Positions 17,247 through 26,033 of a stretch of DNA of 64,000 nt are shown here, in pieces (the stretch's first letter is position 1; each line of letters starts with the position of its first letter). The stretch is from Candidatus Cloacimonadota bacterium. GTDB lineage: Bacteria; Cloacimonadota; Cloacimonadia; Cloacimonadales; TCS61. Position numbers and translations under genes: made by a program. Location of the stretch: contig JAIORE010000354.1 in NCBI GenBank assembly GCA_021108315.1, positions 27,919 through 91,918 of the forward strand. Reading direction: 5' to 3'. The notes beneath the pieces are model-generated. The model did not search any database. It was not told the origin of the DNA and was given only the letters and a program-made list of their open reading frames with translations.

Positions 17247-20200
17247 CTATTTCCTCGTTCCTCTGATCGCTCCAGTATTTGCAGTAACATAGTAAAATTT
17301 GTTTGTAGCAGGGATTGTTTTATTCCAAGATAAACCGGAAATATTTCCCTGCTCCAATATCCAACCTCCTGCGGGATCATCAGAAGAATAGACTTTGTAG
17401 GAATCTGCCCCTGTTACCGAATCCCAAGTTAAGGTGACATCATCCCCAGAAATTTCGATGGTTAAGTTTGCTGGAGCATCTGGAGGAGTGGGAGAGATTC
17501 CTGAGCCGTAAACGGGAAGCAATTGATCATCATCACCTGAAATAACTATTTGAATGTTTCCATCGTAATTCTGTATCTCAGTTGGTGAGAAAGTTACGTT
17601 ATAATCAAAACTTTCTCCGGGAAAGAGATGGTAAAATATTGAATTCCTTAAAATTCTTTTGGATGAACCCGTTCTGGTTGGGAAATCTTCTTCAACCGTA
17701 TAACCGGTAGGAGTTGTAATCTCTCCATCTAATTCCAGCGTTCCGGTGTTTTCAATAGTAAATTGTTTTACATCATTAGCTCCAACAACTATTTCTCCAA
17801 AATCCAATGAAGAAGGAGTAATCGTCATATCATAAGTTCCCACACTCAAAACAACGGGAATATTATCATAAGGATTGGAAGTATCGTTGCTAAGAAGCCT
17901 GATGTAGGCATAATAATCTCCATCAGAAAGCCCTGTACTATTGAATCCAACCGTGACATCAACATCAGGAGTTCCCACTGGAATAGTTCCATTTATATTG
18001 TATCCTGAATCCAGCGAAAGCCAAGAATATATCGGAGAAGAATCTCCGGTAATAGTTACATCGTCAATATTGATTCCGCTTCCCATCATATTATTACGAA
18101 TTCTGAAAGCAATTTTGATACTTTGTCCGGCATAAGCTCCCAGTGACAAACCTTTGAGAATGTAAACTTCCGCAAATTCATCTTGAGAATAGCTTTTAAA
18201 AGTAGTCCAATTTGATCCATCTGTAGAAATTTCAATATCAAAATATGCATCATCCCAATAGAAACTGAGATCATAGGCTCTTATCCAATATTTTAGGATA
18301 CAATCTGCTGTTGCTGTGAAGAACGGTGTGATAATACAAGCATCATCAACCATCATTGGATCTGCTAAGGCACTGTTACTTCCACTATAAGAATTCATAC
18401 TACTTTGTTCCCAATTTCCCCAAGTATCAAGGGATTCCAAACTCCATCCGGTAGGTGGAAAACCGGATTCAAAACCTTCATCTATGATCGTAGTGACCTC
18501 TCCTTCATATTCAACATAAGCGAGATAATCAATATCAAGATTTCCATCATTGCCTAGAGCGAGATTTTCATTATTAGATTCCCCAATCTCCAACACTTTA
18601 TTAAATACAGCAGGATCATAGGTTAATCTTGCTTCTACACCACTTCCAATACATTGAACAAGATAGTCATCAAATCCGGCATTATGAGAAATCACGAGAT
18701 CATTATCATAATTCTGCATAACAATAGGTTCAAAAATGACTTCATAATCTACCATATTTCCAGCAGGAATATCAAAAGAGAGAACATTTCGGAAATTTTT
18801 GTTAATCACCTTATGAGTTTTTGTATTTCCATCTCTGTAAATTATTTCTGAGGCGGTATATCCATCAGGAGTTGTGAAAGAACCGGTAAGATTTACCCCG
18901 CCGGAATTAGAAATACTCATCATCAATGTATCTGCAATTCCCACAAAAACATCACCAAAAATAAGGGAATCGGAAGGGATATATTCAATGAAAATTTCAA
19001 TCTGCGGACCTGCAATCCAATCAATGCGATTATACATATCTTCATCATAAGATTCTCCAGCAAAATCTCCGGTTGCACCTACAAAATCAACATTCCCAAC
19101 ATCAACATTCTTCATTACATTGGCATAACTTCCCCAAGTATTTTCTGGGAAGATAGCGTTAGTGATCTCCATATCCTGAGAATTATCAATTGTGAGCAGA
19201 TAACCACCACCTGTTCCATTTGTGAAAGTACAATTTGTAAATTCATAATCTCCATTAGAGCCAACTGTAGCACCACTTTTGATATGAATTCCATTATAGC
19301 CGGAGTTTTCAAAGATAGTATTTTCTGCTAAGATATTTCCGCTACTTTCTATATCAAAGATATGATATGCATTGGGATTTTCATTCTTTATATTTGCATT
19401 ATTTTCTAATGAGCCCAATGTTTCCAGAGTTCCACCACTACTCACAGCAATGCTTTTGTATTCACCCATTGTGAGAATTGAGCTTCCGTTCAAAGCAAGT
19501 GTTCCGTAGCTGATATTTAGATTGCCGGTACAATCAATATTTTTCCCATTTGCATCTAAAGTTCCATCATTTATTGTGAGATTTCCGTCATTCAAACAAA
19601 CAAGATCTGAAAGTAAAGTAAGAGTTTCGATTGCTCTATTCTCATTTTCGGTTCTTGCATCTGATTTGCTGATGATAACATTATGAAAGAAATTTGAACC
19701 ACCGATTCGATCAAAAGTGGCTTCTGCTGCTCCATCAAAATATACTGTGCCCATATTATCAAACCAACCACTATCACAAATGTAAACATCTTTTTTGAAT
19801 ACGTGATTCATAGCAGTCCAAGGATTGTACCAAACTCCATTTTGAATATTTAGATCACCTTCGATGGTTAAATCTGTATATGGAACAAAATTACCCCCTG
19901 TTTTATTAATTACGAAACTTCCAAATTGATAGTTACTTCTATTCACATATAAATTTTGTGCTGAATTGCCATCAAAAGTAACTGTAGAATTTCCCGGTAT
20001 AAAGCTAGTATAATTTGAATTATCATTATTGTAGTCATACAAATTTTGTCCGATGTTGATATTTACACCATTCACACCATCAATAATACGCATTGCTGTT
20101 CCATTTTGCATTGTAAGATTATGATCAATATCCAATGTAGAATTTTCATTGAGGAGCAATTTCCCATTGTTTATATTAAAATCATTTTCTACTTGAACTG

Positions 20201-23200
20201 TAATACCGGCAGCGAGATCAGTGTAATAAAGTTCACCTGTATATCGTTGCAATTCAAGATTATAGAATGTTTCATCAGATAATATTGTACCTTCATCATT
20301 CCCTATTAATCGAACCGTACCAGTGCCTTCCACAAAACCGAATGAGCCACGATTATTCGTCCAATTTCCACCAATTTTGACTAATTGGTCGTCAGGATCC
20401 AGAACACCCTCAACTCCAATGAAAATATCATTCATTACAGTTAGCTCATTTCCCGAGCTATTCAATGTTCCATCATCTATATAAAGATCATTATTAATTG
20501 TAATATCATCAGAAAGAGAACATACTCCGCTATAATCATATCTATAGATCATCAAATTATGAAAGTAATTCGTAGAATCCATCTCAATTGATGCAGAAAC
20601 AGGGCCATACATCTGAATAGTTCCACCTGTTGGTTGAAACCCTCCGGGAAAATTTGCCTGAAATCCCCAACCAACCCTAATAACTCCACCATCCATATTG
20701 GGAGTTGAATTAAACCTTATACCTTCTCTGCTAATTTGTAAAAAACCGTTATTCAAGATATTCAAAGTTCCTAAAAAACGCATATAATTCCCTGTGTAAG
20801 ATTTACTTAAGGTGCAGTTTCCACCATCAAGAGTCATTTCTCCGGTAGATGAAAGCAAAAAATCATCACTAGCTGTAAAACTTTCATTATCAATATTTAG
20901 ATGTCCATTACATTCGACATCGGATTCAACTGTCATACTACCCGATAATAAAGTTAACAAGCTACCGTTATCCATAAATAATTCTCCACTCACATCACAA
21001 TAGGCAGCTTGAAATTCATTATTCTCATTTAGAATTAGATCTCCATAAATAACCGTATGAGCAGAGTGAGATGTATCTCGTTTCAAATAATTTCCGGTTT
21101 TGTCTACAATCACATTTCCAAAGGCAGCATTATCAAATTCTTCAATAAACATATCTGAAACTCCATTCCCGGTGAAACGAACCGTATTTCCCGCTCCCAA
21201 TGTTGCATTACAACCCTCTTTGAAATACCAATCTCTTCCAATAGAGATTTCGCCAGCAGTTATTACTTCTGTTGAGCCACTTCTCCAAACAACATCATTG
21301 GTAATATCAATAAAATCTAAAGGGTTAATCATCTTTAGAGCTCCGTAAATTGCTAAACTACCTCCAATTTGAAGAGTATGACCAGCCAAATTGAACTGAC
21401 CGGAAGTTATTTCCATATTACCATTGATGATAAGATCATCGGATAGTCCAACCAATCCACTTCGAGTATTATTAATTTTCTCTTTTTTTCTTCTGCGGTT
21501 GTTAATTTTTGATTTCGCTTTGCGGAAAACTTGCTTATCAGAATTTCTGGATACTGTTTTGTTTATCACAAGGTGATGTAGTTTATTTTCCCAACCAAGA
21601 TCAATAGTTTCATCATCTGAACCATAGAGATGAATATATCCACCTGTAGGAGCAAAATCATGACGATATGAGGAAAATCCACCATTCATCTTAATAGTTC
21701 CACCAGAAATAACGTGTGAAAAAGAATGTCCATCATCAATATGAATTCCCCAATCTTTCACATCCAAAGTCCCGCCTTCCATATAAAGATAGGCTTCATC
21801 AGTATGAGCAAACCAGCAATCTGTTGCTCCTCCGTGAATATTAAAATTACCATCATAAATAATAATATCTCCATTAAAATCTATGTAATGGCTGGCATCT
21901 TGATGAAGGTCAATTTGACCGCTTATTAATTGATATGAACCCACAATATTGTGATGATAAAGATCATTTGCAGTAAAAGTTCCACCATTTACAGTTAAAA
22001 ATCCATCTTCCCAATTGTAACTATCACAAGAAACCGTTGAACCGGATGGGATAATGAACTCTTCAGCAGATTTGTCAATTATCAGTTCGTTAAATTGCTC
22101 TCCATAGCAATATTGATCATCGGTGCCATTGAAGGTTACAGCTCCATTAGCTTGTAAGAACCCGAGAAGTGGACCGGTATTATTTGTCCAATTTCCTTCA
22201 ATATCAATATCATTACTATTGGTTTGCAAACTTCCGAAATCAATAAGTAAATCACCCTTAATTGTAATATTAGTATTTAAATCGACAATGGTTGGTGAAT
22301 TTATAATAACATCATTAAAATAATCTCCAGAAGTTGAATTTATGTCTTGAAATGTACCGGAAAAAATAAATGTGCTTACATCTAAATGAAAATTACCATA
22401 GCAATTTATATCTCCTTTTAGAACTAAACCACAATTCGGAAAGGGATTTGTTAATGTTGAAATTGCTCCAATAGTTAAATCTCCATTAATATGAAAATCA
22501 CCGGAAAATTCAGAACCATTGCCGACTTGAGCATTTGTTTTAACAATATATAAATTGTTTACATAGCAAATTGAAGATTTTGACCATATCCAGGAATTTG
22601 AAGTACCAAATAATTTCACAGTTCCGTTTTCCATTTGAACATCTGCCCCAGAATCAAATCCAAAGTTTCCATATACATTGATGGTTGCCAGTTCAGCAGC
22701 TATAATTGAAGTCGAACCGCTATTCCATTCCATAAATCCCTGAATTGTAACATTACTATCATCATGCGTCATATTGAAGACACCATTTATGATCATATTG
22801 TCGTAAACATTTAAATTATATCCTGTAAGAGAAAGTGTTGCACCGGTATTTATAGTCAAATCATCCTGAATCACAATATCATTAAGTATAAATGCTCCCT
22901 CAGTTGAATTAATATCTAAATCATAGAAATAATCCCCTGAATTTGAGATAATTAGCTGGTTAGAACCGTCAAAAGTAAATGTTCCCGTAGCGAGATAATA
23001 ATTCCCATAACAAAGAAGATCACCTTTTAAGACGATACCACAATTTGAATATGGATTAAGTAAGGTAGAATTTGCTCCAATCGTTAAATCTCCATTAATA
23101 TCGAAGTCACCCGAAAATTCGGAACCATTACTCACTTGGGCATTCGATTTCAAAATTTTTAAATTGTTCACATAACTTACTGAAGATTTTGACCATATCC

Positions 23201-24926
23201 CCGAATTTGAACTTCCAATAAGATTGATTGTTCCATAAGTAATTTGAACATCCGCTCCGAAATCAAATCCAAAACTTCCATGCACATTTATATTTGCCAT
23301 ATCAGAAGTTATAATTGCAGTTGAACCACTATTCCATCTAATATTCCCATGAACTTCAAGTTCACTGCTTCCGCTAGTCATATTAAATCCACCATATACT
23401 TGCATATCCTCATAAACATCCAAAGAATATCCAGTAAGTGTAAGGATTGCTCCGGATTCAATATTAAGGTTCTTGCATTGAGCATTATTCAAAAAAATGA
23501 AAGGTGAATTTTGAGATACTGAGGGAATTATCACATCATCATCAAATGTAGGAACATTATTGAATAACCAGTTTCCTGCATTATGCCAATCATTTGAGGA
23601 TGCACCTGTCCAAAGGCATACACTTGGATCTGAGGGATAATCAACAAACAAAGTTGGATCACCCAAAATAAGGTTTCCATAAAACCAATGTACTTGATCA
23701 TAAGGTGCTTCCGGAGCATCAATATTATCTTGCCACCATTCATTAAAAGCCTGTCCAAATGTTTTACTTTGTGATAAGGGTTCATAAAAATCTGCAAAAT
23801 TGAGCATACTACCTGTTTTTGTTGTACCAATTACGTTTAGGCAATGGTAATTATCCATTAAATACATATTTCCCATACAATTATTATTTTCAAAGCGAGC
23901 ATTGCTACAAGCAAACAGATTATAGAAATTTGCAACCGGCTTTATTGTGACAATATCTGAATCCAATACGTGAGCGTAAGTTGTATCTGACCCGTCTACT
24001 ACTCTAAAAGAGTGATGATTAGGACTGCTGTGAGCCATTACTTGAATAAATTCATAATTCCCGATCAGCCTGTTATCCATATAATCATCAGCATTTGTAG
24101 CTTGAGAAGTATTTACCAACACAGTGTTTGAATAAACATTTTCCAATGCACTCTGATACGTTGAACCACTACTTTGCCAATCATCATCTACATAAACAAG
24201 TCCAACATCAGAAGTAATTGCTATTCCATTTCGGAAATAATGATTCCGATTAAAATAATCTATTATCATTTCTATTTCTGTTTTTGATGAAATATAAAGA
24301 TTATCTCCTTTAATCCTGCCTAACCAAATATCCGGATGTATATTCCCCGTGTGTTCATCATATATTCCATCAAGATCGTTATCTACCCACACTCCATCCA
24401 TATCAGAATAAAATAATTCACAGGGAAAATCTGCCCAAACACCATTTGGTACTCCAAGAGAATCATGTTTTTCATATTCATACCAAACAGAAGGTAAGTG
24501 CCCGATTAGAATAGCACCAACAATATTCTCACTATTATAATAATTCAAAATAATAGCTTTTAAAGCTTCACCTGTATTTCCAGAAACACTAACTAAAAAT
24601 GAACTGAGGTTTTCATTTGCTAAATCCTGTTGATAAGTCAAGAGAACAGAATTAATTTCACTTTCAATAAACTCATCGACTAAAATCAAAAAATTTTCAG
24701 TATCTTTTGCCTTTGAGCTTACATAATTCAATTCTTGATATGAATTTGCTTTAGTTAACGGATGTAATTTCCTATATTCCTCAAATGTAATGTTGGGAAA
24801 TTGTTCCGGATCTGGGTTAGTTGTCATAATCGTCGTTTCAAGATTTTCTTGTATTCGTGATTGTGCACTGATTTGAATAATACTACCCAAAATTAATATT
24901 GTTAAAATAAAAGTTCCTATTTTCAT
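17247..24926 (-). CDS. Giant secreted surface protein (2559 aa): gingipain/C25-like cysteine-peptidase head, beta-helix-like repeats, Ig-like and jelly-roll-like domains, C-terminal FN3-like module with basic tail
   Basis: The ATG at 24926 follows GGAGGA. Signal peptide MKIGTFILTILILGSIIQISA. Clan-CD-like landmarks are GAILIGHLP, WLGRIKG, VMAHSSPNHH and NLFACSNARF. The motif CLWTGASSNDWHNAGNW..NVP follows. There are two 203-aa tandem units plus further G/N-rich beta-helix-type repeats. Ig-like domains follow FGDV.VG...F.I.N.G..L.G.ITTP.GY. One EGFESGFPPTGW...INIDDVTITG domain is present. The C-terminus is ...LTWDSVTGADSYKVYSSDDP...KFYYVTANTGAIRGTRK. No T9SS CTD. Confidence 0.85.
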   Translation of the reverse strand: MKIGTFILTILILGSIIQISAQSRIQENLETTIMTTNPDPEQFPNITFEEYRKLHPLTKANSYQELNYVSSKAKDTENFLILVDEFIESEINSVLLTYQQDLANENLSSFLVSVSGNTGEALKAIILNYYNSENIVGAILIGHLPSVWYEYEKHDSLGVPNGVWADFPCELFYSDMDGVWVDNDLDGIYDEHTGNIHPDIWLGRIKGDNLYISSKTEIEMIIDYFNRNHYFRNGIAITSDVGLVYVDDDWQSSGSTYQSALENVYSNTVLVNTSQATNADDYMDNRLIGNYEFIQVMAHSSPNHHSFRVVDGSDTTYAHVLDSDIVTIKPVANFYNLFACSNARFENNNCMGNMYLMDNYHCLNVIGTTKTGSMLNFADFYEPLSQSKTFGQAFNEWWQDNIDAPEAPYDQVHWFYGNLILGDPTLFVDYPSDPSVCLWTGASSNDWHNAGNWLFNNVPTFDDDVIIPSVSQNSPFIFLNNAQCKNLNIESGAILTLTGYSLDVYEDMQVYGGFNMTSGSSELEVHGNIRWNSGSTAIITSDMANINVHGSFGFDFGADVQITYGTINLIGSSNSGIWSKSSVSYVNNLKILKSNAQVSNGSEFSGDFDINGDLTIGANSTLLNPYSNCGIVLKGDLLCYGNYYLATGTFTFDGSNQLIISNSGDYFYDLDINSTEGAFILNDIVIQDDLTINTGATLSLTGYNLNVYDNMIINGVFNMTHDDSNVTIQGFMEWNSGSTSIIAAELATINVYGNFGFDSGADVQMENGTVKLFGTSNSWIWSKSSICYVNNLYIVKTNAQVGNGSEFSGDFHINGDLTIGAISTLTNPFPNCGLVLKGDINCYGNFHLDVSTFIFSGTFQDINSTSGDYFNDVIINSPTIVDLNTNITIKGDLLIDFGSLQTNSNDIDIEGNWTNNTGPLLGFLQANGAVTFNGTDDQYCYGEQFNELIIDKSAEEFIIPSGSTVSCDSYNWEDGFLTVNGGTFTANDLYHHNIVGSYQLISGQIDLHQDASHYIDFNGDIIIYDGNFNIHGGATDCWFAHTDEAYLYMEGGTLDVKDWGIHIDDGHSFSHVISGGTIKMNGGFSSYRHDFAPTGGYIHLYGSDDETIDLGWENKLHHLVINKTVSRNSDKQVFRKAKSKINNRRRKKEKINNTRSGLVGLSDDLIINGNMEITSGQFNLAGHTLQIGGSLAIYGALKMINPLDFIDITNDVVWRSGSTEVITAGEISIGRDWYFKEGCNATLGAGNTVRFTGNGVSDMFIEEFDNAAFGNVIVDKTGNYLKRDTSHSAHTVIYGDLILNENNEFQAAYCDVSGELFMDNGSLLTLLSGSMTVESDVECNGHLNIDNESFTASDDFLLSSTGEMTLDGGNCTLSKSYTGNYMRFLGTLNILNNGFLQISREGIRFNSTPNMDGGVIRVGWGFQANFPGGFQPTGGTIQMYGPVSASIEMDSTNYFHNLMIYRYDYSGVCSLSDDITINNDLYIDDGTLNSSGNELTVMNDIFIGVEGVLDPDDQLVKIGGNWTNNRGSFGFVEGTGTVRLIGNDEGTILSDETFYNLELQRYTGELYYTDLAAGITVQVENDFNINNGKLLLNENSTLDIDHNLTMQNGTAMRIIDGVNGVNINIGQNLYDYNNDNSNYTSFIPGNSTVTFDGNSAQNLYVNRSNYQFGSFVINKTGGNFVPYTDLTIEGDLNIQNGVWYNPWTAMNHVFKKDVYICDSGWFDNMGTVYFDGAAEATFDRIGGSNFFHNVIISKSDARTENENRAIETLTLLSDLVCLNDGNLTINDGTLDANGKNIDCTGNLNISYGTLALNGSSILTMGEYKSIAVSSGGTLETLGSLENNANIKNENPNAYHIFDIESSGNILAENTIFENSGYNGIHIKSGATVGSNGDYEFTNCTFTNGTGGGYLLTIDNSQDMEITNAIFPENTWGSYANVMKNVDVGNVDFVGATGDFAGESYDEDMYNRIDWIAGPQIEIFIEYIPSDSLIFGDVFVGIADTLMMSISNSGGVNLTGSFTTPDGYTASEIIYRDGNTKTHKVINKNFRNVLSFDIPAGNMVDYEVIFEPIVMQNYDNDLVISHNAGFDDYLVQCIGSGVEARLTYDPAVFNKVLEIGESNNENLALGNDGNLDIDYLAYVEYEGEVTTIIDEGFESGFPPTGWSLESLDTWGNWEQSSMNSYSGSNSALADPMMVDDACIITPFFTATADCILKYWIRAYDLSFYWDDAYFDIEISTDGSNWTTFKSYSQDEFAEVYILKGLSLGAYAGQSIKIAFRIRNNMMGSGINIDDVTITGDSSPIYSWLSLDSGYNINGTIPVGTPDVDVTVGFNSTGLSDGDYYAYIRLLSNDTSNPYDNIPVVLSVGTYDMTITPSSLDFGEIVVGANDVKQFTIENTGTLELDGEITTPTGYTVEEDFPTRTGSSKRILRNSIFYHLFPGESFDYNVTFSPTEIQNYDGNIQIVISGDDDQLLPVYGSGISPTPPDAPANLTIEISGDDVTLTWDSVTGADSYKVYSSDDPAGGWILEQGNISGLSWNKTIPATNKFYYVTANTGAIRGTRK

Positions 24927-24973
24927 AATTTCCTCCATGTCCAAGCATTATTTCAGCCGGACTTTTTTTATTT

Positions 24974-25306
24974 TTAAATGAATTCTTTCTTCAATTCTCT
25001 TAGCATCACAGGATTGTGCAAAAGGGTATATTTTCCTGTTCTTACAATAGAAATTGCTTCTTCAAAAGGTTTATCCGAAGAAACATAGACCAATATATTG
25101 TCGAAATTATCATTTATATATTTTATAAAGCCAATATCTGAAATTGAGGTAATATTTATTAAAACAGTATCTATACAAATCTCTTCAACTATTTTAATTG
25201 CGTCAAGTATTGTTTTTGCAAAATATATTTCTGAATCTAAATTTTGGATCATATCTTCTATTTCTGATGATTGAAATTCGTTTTGATTTATTGCTAAGAT
25301 ATTCAT
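24974..25306 (-). CDS. Stand-alone pseudo-receiver (CheY-like fold with the acidic pocket replaced), 110 aa
   Basis: The ATG at 25306 follows AAGGAG; the upstream ATG at 25372 would overlap the promoter. The protein aligns to CheY-type receivers by eye. ILAINQNE occupies the ..DD.. position, TVLINITS the phospho-acceptor D position, VYVSS the T/S position, and LLHNP the KP position. The paralog at 37151-37495 keeps the same substitutions. Confidence 0.55.
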   Translation of the reverse strand: MNILAINQNEFQSSEIEDMIQNLDSEIYFAKTILDAIKIVEEICIDTVLINITSISDIGFIKYINDNFDNILVYVSSDKPFEEAISIVRTGKYTLLHNPVMLRELKKEFI

Positions 25307-25340
25307 AGAGCAACTCCTTAAATTATATTTTGAATATATA

Positions 25341-25356
25341 AGCAATAATAATGCCA
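25341..25356 (-). promoter_or_regulatory. Sigma-54 (-24/-12) promoter of the pseudo-receiver / 2559-aa gene cassette
   Basis: The minus strand reads TGGCAT-TATTA-TTGCT-TATA. This matches the TGGCAC-N5-TTGCW consensus at exact spacing and lies ~35 nt upstream of the ATG at 25306. Confidence 0.7.
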
Positions 25357-25423
25357 GAAGAATTATTTGCATATTATATAAAGAGTTAACATTTTAGAGT
25401 TTATTAAGAAAGTTGATATTAAT

Positions 25424-25437
25424 AGCCGATATCGGCT
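25424..25437 (-). promoter_or_regulatory. Candidate enhancer (UAS) site 1: palindrome AGCCGATATCGGCT
   Basis: A perfect 14-bp palindrome ~75 bp upstream of the -24 element. The same block, TTGATATTA.T..CCGATATCGGCTG..TGAAAAGT, is conserved at 37603-37635 while the flanking sequence has diverged. Confidence 0.55.
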
Positions 25438-25512
25438 GGTGAAAAGTTAAAACAATGAGTAATTTTATCATAACAGCCTTTTAAATAAGGCAGTTAGTTT
25501 AAGAAATAATTA

Positions 25513-25551
25513 CACCCACCGAAATCGGTCAGCAGCCGATTTCGGTGGGTG
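25513..25551 (-). promoter_or_regulatory. Candidate UAS sites 2+3: 16-bp inverted repeat CACCCACCGAAATCGG-N7-CCGATTTCGGTGGGTG
   Basis: Each arm contains a CCGAWWTCGG decamer (25519-25528 and 25536-25545) of the same type as site 1. It lies ~165-195 bp upstream of the -24 element and is conserved at 37702-37734 at the same distance. It could also fold as a hairpin, and a T-run follows on the plus strand. Confidence 0.5.
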
Positions 25552-25573
25552 TTTTTTTGTATTTGTATAGTGC

Positions 25574-25687
25574 CTGAACTATGATTCATTTGATTTTGAG
25601 ATTTCTATGATTTTCTTTGATTGGAATTTTCATATTGTTTTTAAATAATCAGGTTTTATCATTTAATTATAAAAATCATAGTTCAGA
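25574..25687. repeat. MITE-like element, CTGAAC/TGATT-iteron family, short full copy (114 bp)
   Basis: CTGAACTATGATT at the left end and AATCATAGTTCAG at the right end are perfect 13-bp inverted repeats. The left arm has TGATT/GATTT iterons. Confidence 0.6.
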
Positions 25688-25788
25688 TTTTAGTTTCTGA
25701 AGTTTTTTCTAACTCACCCTCGGTCCCTCTCTTTATCAAAATAGAGGGATGACGGTAATTTCATTGTTTTTGTTTCTTCTTTGAAATT

Positions 25789-26033
25789 TCTCTCTTTCTT
25801 CACTTCATTATTGGATGTTCCGGGTTGGATATTGCCTGCCCCGTAAGGAACTTGCGACTGTTCGGGGGATATTCATTTAACTCTTCGTTAGTTTCAACCA
25901 TTGAAAAGGCTAAGATGAAAGAAATCCGCTAGCAGAAGCCATTTTCAAGGTTTCCGGTTTTTCTGTTTTATTGTCACATTCTGAACTCCACCCCGAAAAG
26001 ATGGGTGAAGTCCAGTCTGCTTTTTCATATTTC
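25789..26033 (-). repeat. Conserved structured element directly 3' of the 3681-aa gene (copy C)
   Basis: Collinear with 14042-14246. It has an extra hairpin insert at ~25835-25867 (CCCCG...CGGGG). The stop-proximal hairpin at 25981-26015 again needs G:U pairs that exist only in the minus-strand RNA. One A:C position of copy A is a C:G pair here. Confidence 0.55.

Noticed and set aside
25513-25551. Interpreting the CACCCACCGAAATCGG...CCGATTTCGGTGGGTG hairpin with its T-run simply as a rho-independent terminator
   Set aside because: The T-run is on the plus strand, where no upstream gene exists. The identical structure at 37702-37734 has nothing to terminate on either strand. Its arms carry the same CCGAWWTCGG decamer as the separate palindrome nearer the promoter. 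An insulating role for the 25513 copy cannot be excluded, so it is kept as regulatory at moderate confidence.
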